The notes: generated by a model not told the origin, from the sequence alone. Positions 37,009 through 48,634 are shown, counted from the first letter of the stretch. The stretch is 64,000 nt of DNA from an uncultured Actinomycetes bacterium (GCA_963767005.1 CAVYCN010000003.1:352001-416000); one strand, 5' to 3'. Numbers and translations are program-made.

Positions 37009-37680
37009 CTACCCGGCGCGGCCGACGAGCACCCAGCTGACGTGCCGGTGGGGCTCGCCGCCGGGGCGTTCCTCGCGATAGGCGATCTCGTCGAGACGCT
37101 CGACATCGAGGTACGCGAAGGCGGCGGCGAGCTCTTCGCGGCTCGACAGGTGCACGTAGGTGCGCTCGACGAACGAGCCGGCGTCGCCGGCCACGGGCCG
37201 CCCCCGGCCGCCGTGCTGCGGGTCGCTCGTCGACAGGGTGCTCAGCAGCAGCAGGCCGCCGGCCGCCAGGCGGTCGCCCACGACCATCGCGAGCGCCGCC
37301 CGGTCGTCCGGTCCGAGCACCTGCCACAGGTTGGCGCAATAGACGGCGTCGAAGCGCTCGGGCAGTCCGTCCAGTGGGTCGCCGGCGGCCTGGTCGTCGC
37401 GCGTCCGGGCGCGGTCGCGCCCAAGGTCGCGCAAGCCGGCTCGCCGGTACTCGATGGTCGCGTCGTGGGGGCGGGCGGCGCGCAGCGTCCGCAGGCGGTC
37501 GATCGCCACGGCGGCGAGCTCCCCGGGCTCGTCGCCCCAGACGCGACCGGCCCGACGGAACTCCTCGTCCCAGAACGCGGCGTCGCCGCGGCCGCCGGTG
37601 CCGGCGTCGCCGCGGCCGTCACGCAACGCGCCCGGCCGATCGGCGTCGGCGCTGGAGCCGGCCGGTCCGCCCGCCGTCAC
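37009..37680 (-). pseudogene. Class I SAM-methyltransferase-like ORF lacking motif I (possible internal deletion)
   Basis: FWDEEF..VWGDEP N-terminus and FDAVYC..LAAGGLLLLSTLS..DP core are present, but there is no LDxGCGxG SAM-binding loop. Confidence 0.55.
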
Positions 37681-38084
37681 GCGCCGGCGGTCTCGAGCTC
37701 AGACGTGCACTGCGGGCAGCGCCGCGCGCCGATCGGGATCTCGCTCAGGCACTCCGGGCACTGCTTGGTGGTCGGGTCCTGGCCCTTGGCGCGACGCGCC
37801 GCCATGTGGTTCATGGGCACCACGATGATGAAGTAGATGGCGGCGGCGATCAGCACGAACGACACGACGGCATTGATGAACGAGCCGTACTTGAACGTGC
37901 TGTGGTTAATCGTGAATGTGAGACTCGAGAAGTCCGACTTGCCGGCAAGGGCGGCGATCAGCGGCGTGATGATGTCGCCGACGAAGGCTGTGACGACGGC
38001 TCCGAACGCCGCGCCGATGACCACGGCAACGGCGAGATCGACGACGTTGCCTCGCAGGATGAAATCCTTGAACCCCTTCAGCAT
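37677..38084 (-). CDS. mscL: Large-conductance mechanosensitive channel with a C-terminal zinc ribbon
   Basis: MLKGFKDFILRGNVVDLAVAVVIGAAF, YGSFINA, tail CPEC..CPQC. Confidence 0.96.
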   Translation of the reverse strand: MLKGFKDFILRGNVVDLAVAVVIGAAFGAVVTAFVGDIITPLIAALAGKSDFSSLTFTINHSTFKYGSFINAVVSFVLIAAAIYFIIVVPMNHMAARRAKGQDPTTKQCPECLSEIPIGARRCPQCTSELETAGA

Positions 38085-38166
38085 GAGACCCTCCTCGGTC
38101 GTGATCGGCGCCGGGGCGGCCTTGAGCGCGACCGCTGGACGCACCCACCCGGGCTCTGGCCAGGAG

Positions 38167-38195
38167 ACTCTAACCCGACATAAACACGCCGTAAA
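38167..38195 (-). promoter_or_regulatory. Putative sigma70 promoter for mscL
   Basis: TTTACG-17 bp-TAGAGT in an AT-richer patch. Confidence 0.55.
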
Positions 38196-38270
38196 GAGTG
38201 GTAACCGTTCGTCGCCGGCGCTTCCCGGCGACGCGGCCATCACTACGTGGCCGTCGTCACGCCGCCGTCG

Positions 38271-38780
38271 CTACGTGCCGGACGGAGGAGAACCCGAGGC
38301 CGTGGGCGACGGGCTGGAAGCCCCCGGAGTGAGCGGATGCACGCGGCCCACGCCCGTGTCGAGGCCGTCGCGCACGCCGCGCACGTACCAGAGGAACGCC
38401 TGGTTCAACTGCAGCCCGACGGGCGGCGTCGCGTGACCGTCGGCGTAGACCCAGCTCGCCGCCGCGTGCCCGTCGGCGATGGAGAGCCGCAGCGCCGGCC
38501 CGTCGGAGCGCAGGACCGTCACCTCGGCCGTCGCGGGCTGCGACGTGTCGAGCGTCTCCTTCTCCATGCCGCTGATCCAGGCAGCGAGCTCAGAGGGCGG
38601 GTGGGACACGACGCCCGAGACGACCTGCCCGGCCGTGACCGAGCGGAACGCGAGGCCAGTGATCTCGGTCGAGGTGAGCTGGAACGGGTAGTCGTCGCGC
38701 ACGTAGTACCAGATGCCGATCGCCACCAGCGCGACGGTGAGCGCGACGCCCACCCACACCACCGCCTGCCGCAGTCTCAT
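38271..38780 (-). CDS. Hypothetical membrane-anchored protein
   Basis: N-terminal TM helix, coding-like composition, Ser/Pro tail; downstream of purC. Confidence 0.7.
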   Translation of the reverse strand: MRLRQAVVWVGVALTVALVAIGIWYYVRDDYPFQLTSTEITGLAFRSVTAGQVVSGVVSHPPSELAAWISGMEKETLDTSQPATAEVTVLRSDGPALRLSIADGHAAASWVYADGHATPPVGLQLNQAFLWYVRGVRDGLDTGVGRVHPLTPGASSPSPTASGSPPSGT

Positions 38781-38819
38781 GCCGCGCGCGCTCCCGCCGG
38801 CTCCGCACCCGCGGCCCGG

Positions 38820-39695
38820 CTAGCCCCGGCCGGTGAGTCGGCGACGCGCATCGGCGTACTTGGCGGCCGTCTTTTCGACGATCTCGTCGGGCAGCGCCGG
38901 CCCCGGTGCCTTCTTGTTCCAGTCGAGGGTCTCGAGGTAGTCGCGCACGAACTGCTTGTCGAAGCTCGGCTGGGCCTGGCCAGGCGTGTAGCCGTCGACC
39001 GGCCAGAACCGCGACGAGTCGGGGGTCATGGCCTCGTCGATCAGCAGCAACTCGCCGCTGCGCACGCCGAACTCGAACTTGGTGTCGGCGATGATGATGC
39101 CGTGCTCCAGGGCGTAGGCCGCGCCGAGCTCGTACAGGGCGATGGCCGCGTCGCGCACGCGTCCGGCGAGGTCGGCGCCGATCAGGCCGGCCACGTCGTC
39201 GAACGAGATGTTCTCGTCGTGGGTGCCCACGGCGGCCTTGGTCGAGGGCGCGAAGATGGTCCGCGGCAGCCGGCTGCCGTCGACGAGACCGGCCGGCAGC
39301 TCGATGCCGCAGACACTGCCGCTGCGCTCGTAGTCCTTCAGGCCGGAGCCGGTGAGGTAGCCGCGCACGATAGCCTCGACCGGCAGCGGCTCACAGCGCC
39401 GCACGGCGACCGAGCGTCCCTGCAGGTGCGCCTTCTCCGGGCGATTCGCGAACGGCTCGGGGTCGACCACGTGGTTGGGGATGATGTCCGCCGTCCGCTC
39501 GAACCAGAAGTTCGAGAGCTGGGTGAGGACCTCGCCCTTGCCGGGGATGGGGGTCGGCAGGATCACGTCGAACGCCGAGATACGGTCGGTCGCGACGATC
39601 ACGAGCGTGTCGTCGCCGACGGCGTAGATGTCGCGCACCTTGCCACGGCTCACGAGCCGCAGATCGGTCTCGCTGGTCTCAAAGAGCGCCTTCAC
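38820..39695 (-). CDS. purC: SAICAR synthetase (long, about 290 aa type)
   Basis: RGKVRDIY, TDRISAFD, IADTKFEFG, LIDE..TPDSSRFW, FDKQFVRD. Confidence 0.97.
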   Translation of the reverse strand: MKALFETSETDLRLVSRGKVRDIYAVGDDTLVIVATDRISAFDVILPTPIPGKGEVLTQLSNFWFERTADIIPNHVVDPEPFANRPEKAHLQGRSVAVRRCEPLPVEAIVRGYLTGSGLKDYERSGSVCGIELPAGLVDGSRLPRTIFAPSTKAAVGTHDENISFDDVAGLIGADLAGRVRDAAIALYELGAAYALEHGIIIADTKFEFGVRSGELLLIDEAMTPDSSRFWPVDGYTPGQAQPSFDKQFVRDYLETLDWNKKAPGPALPDEIVEKTAAKYADARRRLTGRG

Positions 39696-39838
39696 GTGCC
39701 GTCTCCCCCTTCTCACCGTTGTCGGGCGGTCGGTCGCGAGCGGGCGCGCGCGGCGCGGCGCCCGGCTCGTGAGCAGACCCTACCACGCGCTCGCCGGGCG
39801 GCGATCACGGACGCCGCGGCGCGCCGGACGCGCGGCGG

Positions 39839-40753
39839 TCACAGCATGCGTTCGAGGAGCGGCAGCAGCGCGACGCCCAGCACGACCGCCGGGTACAGGC
39901 TGGCGCTGTCGAAGTAGGCGGCCGCCGCGGCGACGTCGGGCCGGTGCCAGAGCCGCGCCCCCGGCCAGGCCACCACGAGCACGCCCGCGACGACGGCCAG
40001 GTCGTTCACCATGACGCCGCCGGTGGGCAGCGGGATGGTCGCGATCAAGGCCGCGAAGCCCAGGGCCCCGGCGGCGCGCGCGACGGCGACCGGTCCGTGG
40101 ACGGCGGCGAGGCTGCGCGCCGGCCACCCCGCTGCCTCGTGTCGCGCCAGGCCGTCGGCGATGTCACAGCAGCCGACGGCCCAGATCACGAGGAACGCGA
40201 CGACGGTCAGGGCCCGAGGCGAGAGCGACGCCACGGCCGACCAGCCGGCCAGGCCGGCCGCCCCGGCGGCCAGGCCCGTGGCCGCCGTCCGCCGTTCGGG
40301 AGCGAGCGACGGCAGGCAGCCGAGCACCTCGAGGCCGGCGGCGACGGCGTAGAACGCCAGGCAGAGCGGCGACAGCGTCAGGGCGAGCAGCCCGCCGAGC
40401 GTCGCCAGCGCGGTCAGGCCCGCGAGCGGCGCGGCCGGCGGCCGGCCGCGGCGCGCGTCCCACACGAGTACCGCGTGCGGCGCGCCGGCGACGCGCGGTG
40501 CGGCCGCGACGGCCGCGCGCCGCAGCAGGCGCTCGCGCAACGAGAAGACCGCATACGACCCGGCGAGCGCCGCGAGCAGGCCGACGAGCGCGACGCGCGC
40601 GCTCGGCAGGTCGCCGCGGGCCAGCACCGCCGCGAGGGCGGGCGGCGTCGTGGCGAGTAGCGCCTTGCGCGCCGGCGAGACGCGCAACCGCGCGACCCGG
40701 CCGCGCAGGTCGCCGGGGTCGCTCGAGAGCGCCGCTGCCGGCTGTCGACTTAT
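39839..40753 (-). CDS. UbiA-prenyltransferase-like membrane protein lacking the Asp-rich motifs
   Basis: Multi-TM; LAALAGSYAVFSL, LSPLCL..Y..A..LE, AAAYFDSASLYP resemble a UbiA subfamily. Start uncertain (ATA at 40753 behind AGGAGG proposed). Confidence 0.55.
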   Translation of the reverse strand: MSRQPAAALSSDPGDLRGRVARLRVSPARKALLATTPPALAAVLARGDLPSARVALVGLLAALAGSYAVFSLRERLLRRAAVAAAPRVAGAPHAVLVWDARRGRPPAAPLAGLTALATLGGLLALTLSPLCLAFYAVAAGLEVLGCLPSLAPERRTAATGLAAGAAGLAGWSAVASLSPRALTVVAFLVIWAVGCCDIADGLARHEAAGWPARSLAAVHGPVAVARAAGALGFAALIATIPLPTGGVMVNDLAVVAGVLVVAWPGARLWHRPDVAAAAAYFDSASLYPAVVLGVALLPLLERML

Positions 40754-40823
40754 CCCGACCTCCTCGTCGTCACTTACGAGGGAGCGTTCCCCGTCGCGCC
40801 CCCCGCGGGGCGCGTTTGGGCGA

Positions 40824-40856
40824 GGCGGGCGGCGGGCGTCCCGCCCGCCGCCCGCC
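40824..40856 (-). terminator. GC hairpin after sod
   Basis: ggcgggcggcgggcg-tcc-cgcccgccgcccgcc (15-bp stem). Confidence 0.6.
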
Positions 40857-40863
40857 CGCCCGC

Positions 40864-41457
40864 TCAGGCGCCCAGGTTGCGCGCCGCGAAGTCCCAGTCG
40901 ACGAGACTGTCGCAGAAGGCCTGAACGAAGTCGGGCCGGCGGTTCTGGAAGTCGAGGTAGTAGGCGTGCTCCCACACGTCGCAGGTGAGGAGCGGCTTGA
41001 CCGGCGGCACCGGCATCTCGGCGTTGGGGGTCGTCACGATCTTCAGGGCGCCGGCGTCGTCGACGAGCCACGCCCAGCCGCTGCCGAAGCGCCCCACGGC
41101 GGCCACCTTGAACTGCTCGACGAAGGCGGCGAGGCCGCCGAACGTCGCGTCGATGCGCTCCGCCAGCGCGCCGCTGGGGGCGCCGCCGCCGCCCGGCTTC
41201 ATCGAGCTCCAGAAGAAGGTGTGGTTCCAGACCTGGGCCGCGTTGTTGAAGACGCCGGCCTTGCCGGGGTCGCCGGCGACCGCCGCGATCACCTCCTCGA
41301 GGGTCTGACCCTCGAGATCGGTGCCGGCGACCAGCTTGTTCAGGTTGTCGACGTAGGCGCGATGGTGCTTGCCGTAGTGAAAGCCGATCGTACGCGCCGA
41401 AGTGACCGGTTCGAGCGCGTCCTCGGGCCACGGCAGGGGCGGCAGTTCGAAAGCCAT
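40864..41457 (-). CDS. sodB: Fe/Mn superoxide dismutase (Fe-type-like)
   Basis: FHYGKHH..YV, FNNAAQVWNHTFFW, FGSGWAWL, DVWEHAYY; the AAQ motif is typical of Fe-SOD. Confidence 0.95.
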   Translation of the reverse strand: MAFELPPLPWPEDALEPVTSARTIGFHYGKHHRAYVDNLNKLVAGTDLEGQTLEEVIAAVAGDPGKAGVFNNAAQVWNHTFFWSSMKPGGGGAPSGALAERIDATFGGLAAFVEQFKVAAVGRFGSGWAWLVDDAGALKIVTTPNAEMPVPPVKPLLTCDVWEHAYYLDFQNRRPDFVQAFCDSLVDWDFAARNLGA

Positions 41458-41503
41458 GAGTTCCCTCCTTGTCGTTCTCAGTTGGTCGTAAGCGGATCCG
41501 GCC

Positions 41504-41550
41504 CGAACGACACGCCGGCCTGAGCGCCGACGACGCCGCCGTTCGGCGCC
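41504..41550 (+). repeat. Degenerate dispersed repeat copy
   Basis: cgaacgacacgccggcctgagcgccgacgacg..ggcgcc abutting the Rieske stop. Confidence 0.6.
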
Positions 41551-41936
41551 TAGACGTCGACTTCGACGGCGCCGTCGATCACGCGCACCGGCCAGGTGGC
41601 GAGGCCTTCGACGCGGATCTTGCGCTGCAGGCGGTCCTCGACCGCGAGCGGGCGTCGCACCGCCGCCGGCAGGGGCTCGTCACCGAAGTCGCGGTCGAGC
41701 GGGTAGGCGAGCACCGAGCCGTCGCGCACGTCGAACTGCGCGTAGTGCAGCGGGCACGTCAGCACGTGACCGGCGAGCGAGCCCTGGTCGAGCGGGGCGT
41801 TCATGTGGCCGCAGCGGCGGGCGACCGCGTGGAACGTGCCGTCGCAGTTGGCGAGGGTGGCCTGCACACCGCCGAGCTTGACGAACTTGAGGCCGCCGAC
41901 GGCGACATCGGCGGCACGGGCGACCTCAGTCCACAC
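41550..41936 (-). CDS. Rieske [2Fe-2S] ferredoxin with an insertion
   Basis: CGH...CPLH..FDVRDG; about 25 aa insert before LATWPV. Confidence 0.9.
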   Translation of the reverse strand: MWTEVARAADVAVGGLKFVKLGGVQATLANCDGTFHAVARRCGHMNAPLDQGSLAGHVLTCPLHYAQFDVRDGSVLAYPLDRDFGDEPLPAAVRRPLAVEDRLQRKIRVEGLATWPVRVIDGAVEVDV

Positions 41937-41942
41937 CGCCGC

Positions 41943-42281
41943 TCACCCCTCGAGGCCGAGCTCGCTCGCAGGGATCTGCGGCAGCGAGCTCGGGTCGTCG
42001 ACGTCGACGTGCACGAACAGGCCGCACCAGCAGCGCCGCATGGCGTCGAAGTGGGCCCGGTGGTACGGGATACAGGGACAGACGATGCGCATGTCGTGGT
42101 CGCGCCGGCGCGTGCGACCCTGGCACGGGCAGTAGGGCGCGCCCTTGTTCTCCTCGAGCACGGCCTCCTGCTCGAGCAGAAAGTCGGCGAGCTCGGTGTC
42201 GGGCGTGAACTTGTAGCCGAGCGCCGCGACGAGCGGCGTGAAGAACCCGCGCAGGGCGGTCACGCGGGCGTCGTGGGTCAT
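41943..42281 (-). CDS. Ferredoxin-thioredoxin reductase catalytic-subunit-like protein
   Basis: GAPYCPC, VCPC, CWCGLF: the three FTR Cys motifs. Confidence 0.9.
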   Translation of the reverse strand: MTHDARVTALRGFFTPLVAALGYKFTPDTELADFLLEQEAVLEENKGAPYCPCQGRTRRRDHDMRIVCPCIPYHRAHFDAMRRCWCGLFVHVDVDDPSSLPQIPASELGLEG

Positions 42282-42538
42282 CAGGAGGCGTCCTTCAGGA
42301 GCTGGTCGTAGCGCTCCGGCGCGTAGCCGACGACCACCTCGGCGCCGATCTTCACCACCGGATAGGCGCGCGACCCCGACAGGTCGAACGCCTCGTCGGC
42401 CAGGCGGTCGCTCTCGTCGTCGGGCAGCAGATCGACATCGACCGCCTCGAAGGCGACGCCGCTGTCCTCAAAGTACTGCTTGGCCTTGCGGCACCAGGGG
42501 CACGTGCTCAGGGCGTAGACGAAGACGCCGTCGTTCAC
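42281..42538 (-). CDS. Glutaredoxin/NrdH-like redoxin
   Basis: YALSTCPWCRKAK, YPV, VVGY; GTG start at 42538. Confidence 0.9.
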   Translation of the reverse strand: MNDGVFVYALSTCPWCRKAKQYFEDSGVAFEAVDVDLLPDDESDRLADEAFDLSGSRAYPVVKIGAEVVVGYAPERYDQLLKDAS

Positions 42539-42542
42539 GGTC

Positions 42543-42863
42543 TCACACCTCGCTTGGAAGCTCGACGAAGACCTCGCCGCCGGCGAGGCGCACAGGGTAG
42601 GTCGGGATGGCGATCTCGGGGGCCTCGATGAACGCCCCCGTGCGCAGGTCGAAGCGCCAGTCGTGGCACGGGCAGGTGAGGACGAACCCCTCGCAGCCGC
42701 CGGCTTCGAGCGGGCAGGCCATGTGAGCGCAGCGGTTGGCCACCGCGAAGACCCCGCCGTCGACCTTGGCGAGCAGCAGACCCAGCCCGCGCGGGTAGAC
42801 GGCGAGCAGCCCACCCTCGCGTAGCGCGGCCTCGTCGGCCACCTTGATCCAGCTGTCGGCCAC
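42543..42863 (-). CDS. Rieske [2Fe-2S] ferredoxin
   Basis: NRCAH...TCPCHDWRFDLRTG, TYPV. Confidence 0.92.
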   Translation of the reverse strand: MADSWIKVADEAALREGGLLAVYPRGLGLLLAKVDGGVFAVANRCAHMACPLEAGGCEGFVLTCPCHDWRFDLRTGAFIEAPEIAIPTYPVRLAGGEVFVELPSEV

Positions 42864-43027
42864 TGCCCTCCCGGTCTTATTCGAGCACGCCGATGGCGCC
42901 CTCGATCGTGCACGACCTTACCATGCGAAAACGGGGGTCCGCGCCGTTCGCCGCCGCCCGGATGCCGGCTCGCCACCGCGGCCGGCGCGCACAGCGGCAC
43001 GGCGCGCTCGAACGCCGCTCGCCGCGC

Positions 43028-43531
43028 CTACCAGCACTCGCGGTGCACGTGCTCGGCGCGGTAGCGGTCGGCCGGCCGCTTGCCTTCGGCCGGCCGGCCG
43101 ACGGCGACCACGGCGAACGGGGTGACCCCGTCGGGCACGCCGAGCAGGGCGCGCAGGCCGGCGACTCGTTCCTCGAGCGGATGCACGCCGAGCCAGACGG
43201 CGCCCAGGCCGATCGTCTCGGCCTCGACCAGCAGGTTCTCGACGGCCGCCGCGCAGTCCTGCTCCCAGAACCGCGGCCAGCGCAGCCCTTCGGTGGCGCC
43301 GCACACCACGATGGCGAGGGGCGCCCGCTCGAGCATGCTCGCGTACGGGTGGAACGTGGTGACGGCACGCAGGGTGGCCGGGTCGGTGACGAGGACGAAG
43401 CGCCAGGGCTGCTGGTTGCCGGCCGAGGGCGCGGCCATGGCGGCTCGCAGGAGCCGCTCGACCTGATCGTCGGGCACCGCGTCGCCGGTGTAGGCGCGGA
43501 TGCTGCGACGGGTCAGGATGGGGTCGTCCAC
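43028..43531 (-). CDS. Nitroreductase family protein
   Basis: RRSIRAY, APSAGNQQPWRF, QDC.AA.EN.L, GLGAVW; GTG start with GAGGAGG SD. Confidence 0.93.
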   Translation of the reverse strand: MDDPILTRRSIRAYTGDAVPDDQVERLLRAAMAAPSAGNQQPWRFVLVTDPATLRAVTTFHPYASMLERAPLAIVVCGATEGLRWPRFWEQDCAAAVENLLVEAETIGLGAVWLGVHPLEERVAGLRALLGVPDGVTPFAVVAVGRPAEGKRPADRYRAEHVHRECW

Positions 43532-43600
43532 GGGACTGCCTCCTCGGCTGGCCGGCTCTGCTTTGTAGCAGCGCATCGTATCAGCTCGCTTCGGCCGGCA

Positions 43601-43652
43601 GTGCCGACGAACGACTCGCCGTCGCTCAGGCGGCGTGACTTCGGCGCGCGCC
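43601..43652 (-). repeat. Dispersed intergenic repeat copy
   Basis: gtgccgacgaacgac..cgtcgctcaggcggcgtgacttcggcgcgcgcc; matches the 28282-28340 unit. Confidence 0.8.
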
Positions 43653-43655
43653 TAG

Positions 43656-46421
<2,766 letters not shown>

Positions 46422-46488
46422 ACCAGCTCGTCGACCGACCCCGCCGTCGCCGCTCAAGGCCGGCACGGCGCCGTCGCGTGCGCCGCGG

Positions 46489-46543
46489 TCACAGCCGTTC
46501 CACAGCGCTCTCCATCCACTCTCTCATCGAACGCGCCCACAAT
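46489..46543 (+). promoter_or_regulatory. 11-bp-period direct repeats and -10 (CACAAT) upstream of a membrane protein gene
   Basis: TCACAG 46489, CCACAG 46500, TCTCAT 46522; CACAAT 46538-46543. Confidence 0.45.
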
Positions 46544-46600
46544 CGCGCGTGTGAGAGCCCACGCCCTCACCGTTCGTGCAGCAACGAGGAGGCATCGCGC

Positions 46601-47170
46601 ATGAGCCGCAAGACCGTCACCTGGATCGCCGTCGGAGCGCTCGCGGTCGCCGCGGTGATCGTCGCCGCCATCGTCGCCTACCATGTCGGCGCCAACCACA
46701 GCTCCGGTCGCGTCGCCGTGGGCCCGTTCCGCCGCTCGCTCGGCACGCCGGTGCTCCTGCGGACCACCCGCTCGTTCCCGACCGCCGAGGCCCTCGTGCT
46801 GCTACTGATCGGCGGCGGCGTCGGCGTCGCGATCGCCGTGCTCGCCCGGCCCGGCGGCGCGCTTGCCGGCCACCCGGCGCCGACCCCGCCGGTCGACCCG
46901 CGCTGGCGCGAGCTCGACGACTGGCACCGCTGGGCCCACGGATCGCCGGTCCCGCCCGCGAACGACCAGAGCGCGCCGCCGGCCGCCGCGGCGACGCCCG
47001 CCGCGGCCGCTCCGCCCGCTCCACCGGCGCCCTCAGCCGTGCCGCAGACCGAGCCGACCGCGCCGCCCGCCGAGCCGACCGCGCCGCCGGCTCCTTCGGC
47101 ACCGCCCGCCAACCCTGCCGCCGGGGCCGAGGGGTCGACACCGCCGGCCCCGCCCACCGAGCCGGCCTGA
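46601..47170 (+). CDS. Hypothetical membrane protein with a Pro/Ala-rich tail
   Basis: GAGGAGG SD, two TM segments, DDWHRWAH motif, EPTAPPA repeats. Confidence 0.75.
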   Translation: MSRKTVTWIAVGALAVAAVIVAAIVAYHVGANHSSGRVAVGPFRRSLGTPVLLRTTRSFPTAEALVLLLIGGGVGVAIAVLARPGGALAGHPAPTPPVDPRWRELDDWHRWAHGSPVPPANDQSAPPAAAATPAAAAPPAPPAPSAVPQTEPTAPPAEPTAPPAPSAPPANPAAGAEGSTPPAPPTEPA

Positions 47171-47200
47171 GGTGGTCGATCACGCGGATCGCCGGCGATC

Positions 47201-47228
47201 TCTCAGCACATTCTCAGCCTGGTTCACA
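47201..47228 (+). promoter_or_regulatory. OmpR-family (MprA-like) tandem boxes
   Basis: TCTCAG-N5-TCTCAG-N5-TTCACA. Confidence 0.55.
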
Positions 47229-47293
47229 CGCCGTTCCTGCACGGCGGGAACGATCGTCACGATCGGCTCGTCGGTCGGACACCGGAGGACATC

Positions 47294-47614
47294 ATGCGTA
47301 GCGATCCGCACCCAACGCGCGGGCATCGGCTCCCGCTGGCCCTGGCAGGCCTCGCCGCGCTGGCCGTCGCCGCGGGGCTTGCGCTGCGCGCCGGCGTCGC
47401 TTTCGGCGCCACGCACGCCGCGCTCGGCGACCCGCTCGACGGCGGGTTCACCACGGGCCACGGCCTCTCGCCCACGATCGCCCTCATCGTCGTCCTCGCC
47501 CTGGCAGCTGCCGGCCTGGTGAGCGCGACGGCCTGGTACCTGTCCCACGGGCGTCGCGCAGCGGCGCGCGTGACCGTGCGTGACGCACGCGGCGCACGCG
47601 ACCCGCGCGCCTGA
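47294..47614 (+). CDS. Hypothetical small 2-TM membrane protein
   Basis: GGAGG SD; two hydrophobic segments. Confidence 0.65.
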   Translation: MRSDPHPTRGHRLPLALAGLAALAVAAGLALRAGVAFGATHAALGDPLDGGFTTGHGLSPTIALIVVLALAAAGLVSATAWYLSHGRRAAARVTVRDARGARDPRA

Positions 47615-47740
47615 CCCGTCGGACGGCGCCTGCGCACACCAAAGTCGCCGGCGCCGTTCCCTGGCCGGTCGGCCGCGCAACGGCCGGTAGTACACTGGCG
47701 ACGACCACGGGGGCACCAACGAGGCGAGGAAGGATCCGAC

Positions 47741-48601
47741 GTGGGTCGCGCCCGGCACCTCTCGATCGGCAGGTTCGCGGGACTGACCGGCATCTCGGCC
47801 AACACGCTGCGCCGCTACGACGAGTGTGGCCTGCTCTCGCCCGCCTTCACCGACCCGCTCACCGGCTACCGCCTGTACTCGATCGAGCAGCTCGACACGG
47901 GGATCGCCATCAGGCTGCTGCGCGACCTCGACGTGCCGCTCGACGACCTGCGCGGGCTGCTGTCGGGCGACCACCCCGACGACGTCCGCGCCCTCCTCGC
48001 CCACCACCGCGAGCGCATCGTCGAGCGGCGTGCCGACCTCGAGCACATCCTGGCCCGCATCGACGCCGTGCTCCACGAGGACCACGGACTGCTGCCCTAC
48101 GAGCTCGAGATCGTCGACCTGGCGCCCGCGTGGGTGGTCAGCCGCCGCCTCACCACGCCCCGGGCCGGCCTCGACCCGGCGATCGAACGCGCCCTGGCGG
48201 AGCTCGAGGATGAGCTCGCGGCCGGCGGCCTGAAGGCCGCCGGCCGCGAGCTCATCCTCTACGCCAACCCCCTGCAGTGGTACCAGGGCCTCGATGTCGA
48301 GGTGTGCCTGCCCGTCGCCGAGCCGGCGGCCGCGACCTGCGGCGCGCGGCAGCTCGCCGGCGGCCGCGCGGCGCGTGCCCTCTACCGCGGGCCGTGGGAC
48401 GACATCTGGCAGGCCTACGCGGCGCTGCTCGCGCAGATCGCGCGGCGCGGCCTCGACGTGTGTGGCCCGGTGCGCGAGTCGTACCTGGTCGACGAGCGCG
48501 ACACCGACGATCCGGCGCTCTACCTGACCGAGATCGCCTGGCCGGTGCGGCCCCGGGCGGCCGCCGATGCGGCGGCCGCCGCATCGTCCGCGCCACCGTG
48601 A
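47741..48601 (+). CDS. MerR-family regulator with a GyrI-like effector domain (BmrR-like)
   Basis: LSIGRFA..TGIS..TLRRYD..GLL.P..TDP.TGYRLY; C-terminal YRGPWD, RESYL, TEIAWPV. Confidence 0.93.
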   Translation: MGRARHLSIGRFAGLTGISANTLRRYDECGLLSPAFTDPLTGYRLYSIEQLDTGIAIRLLRDLDVPLDDLRGLLSGDHPDDVRALLAHHRERIVERRADLEHILARIDAVLHEDHGLLPYELEIVDLAPAWVVSRRLTTPRAGLDPAIERALAELEDELAAGGLKAAGRELILYANPLQWYQGLDVEVCLPVAEPAAATCGARQLAGGRAARALYRGPWDDIWQAYAALLAQIARRGLDVCGPVRESYLVDERDTDDPALYLTEIAWPVRPRAAADAAAAASSAPP

Positions 48602-48603
48602 CC

Positions 48604-48634
48604 TTGACCCTATCGCTGGGCTAAGGTTGACACT
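48604..48634 (+). promoter_or_regulatory. MerR-type promoter with a 19-bp spacer and dyad
   Basis: TTGACC-19 bp-GACACT; dyad ACCCTA-N9-TAAGGT (48607-48627). Confidence 0.8.

Noticed and set aside
41550-43531. Selenocysteine (UGA) recoding in the redox genes or the CQLGCF protein
   Set aside because: All redox motifs are Cys-encoded, and the UGA codons fall at the expected family ends.
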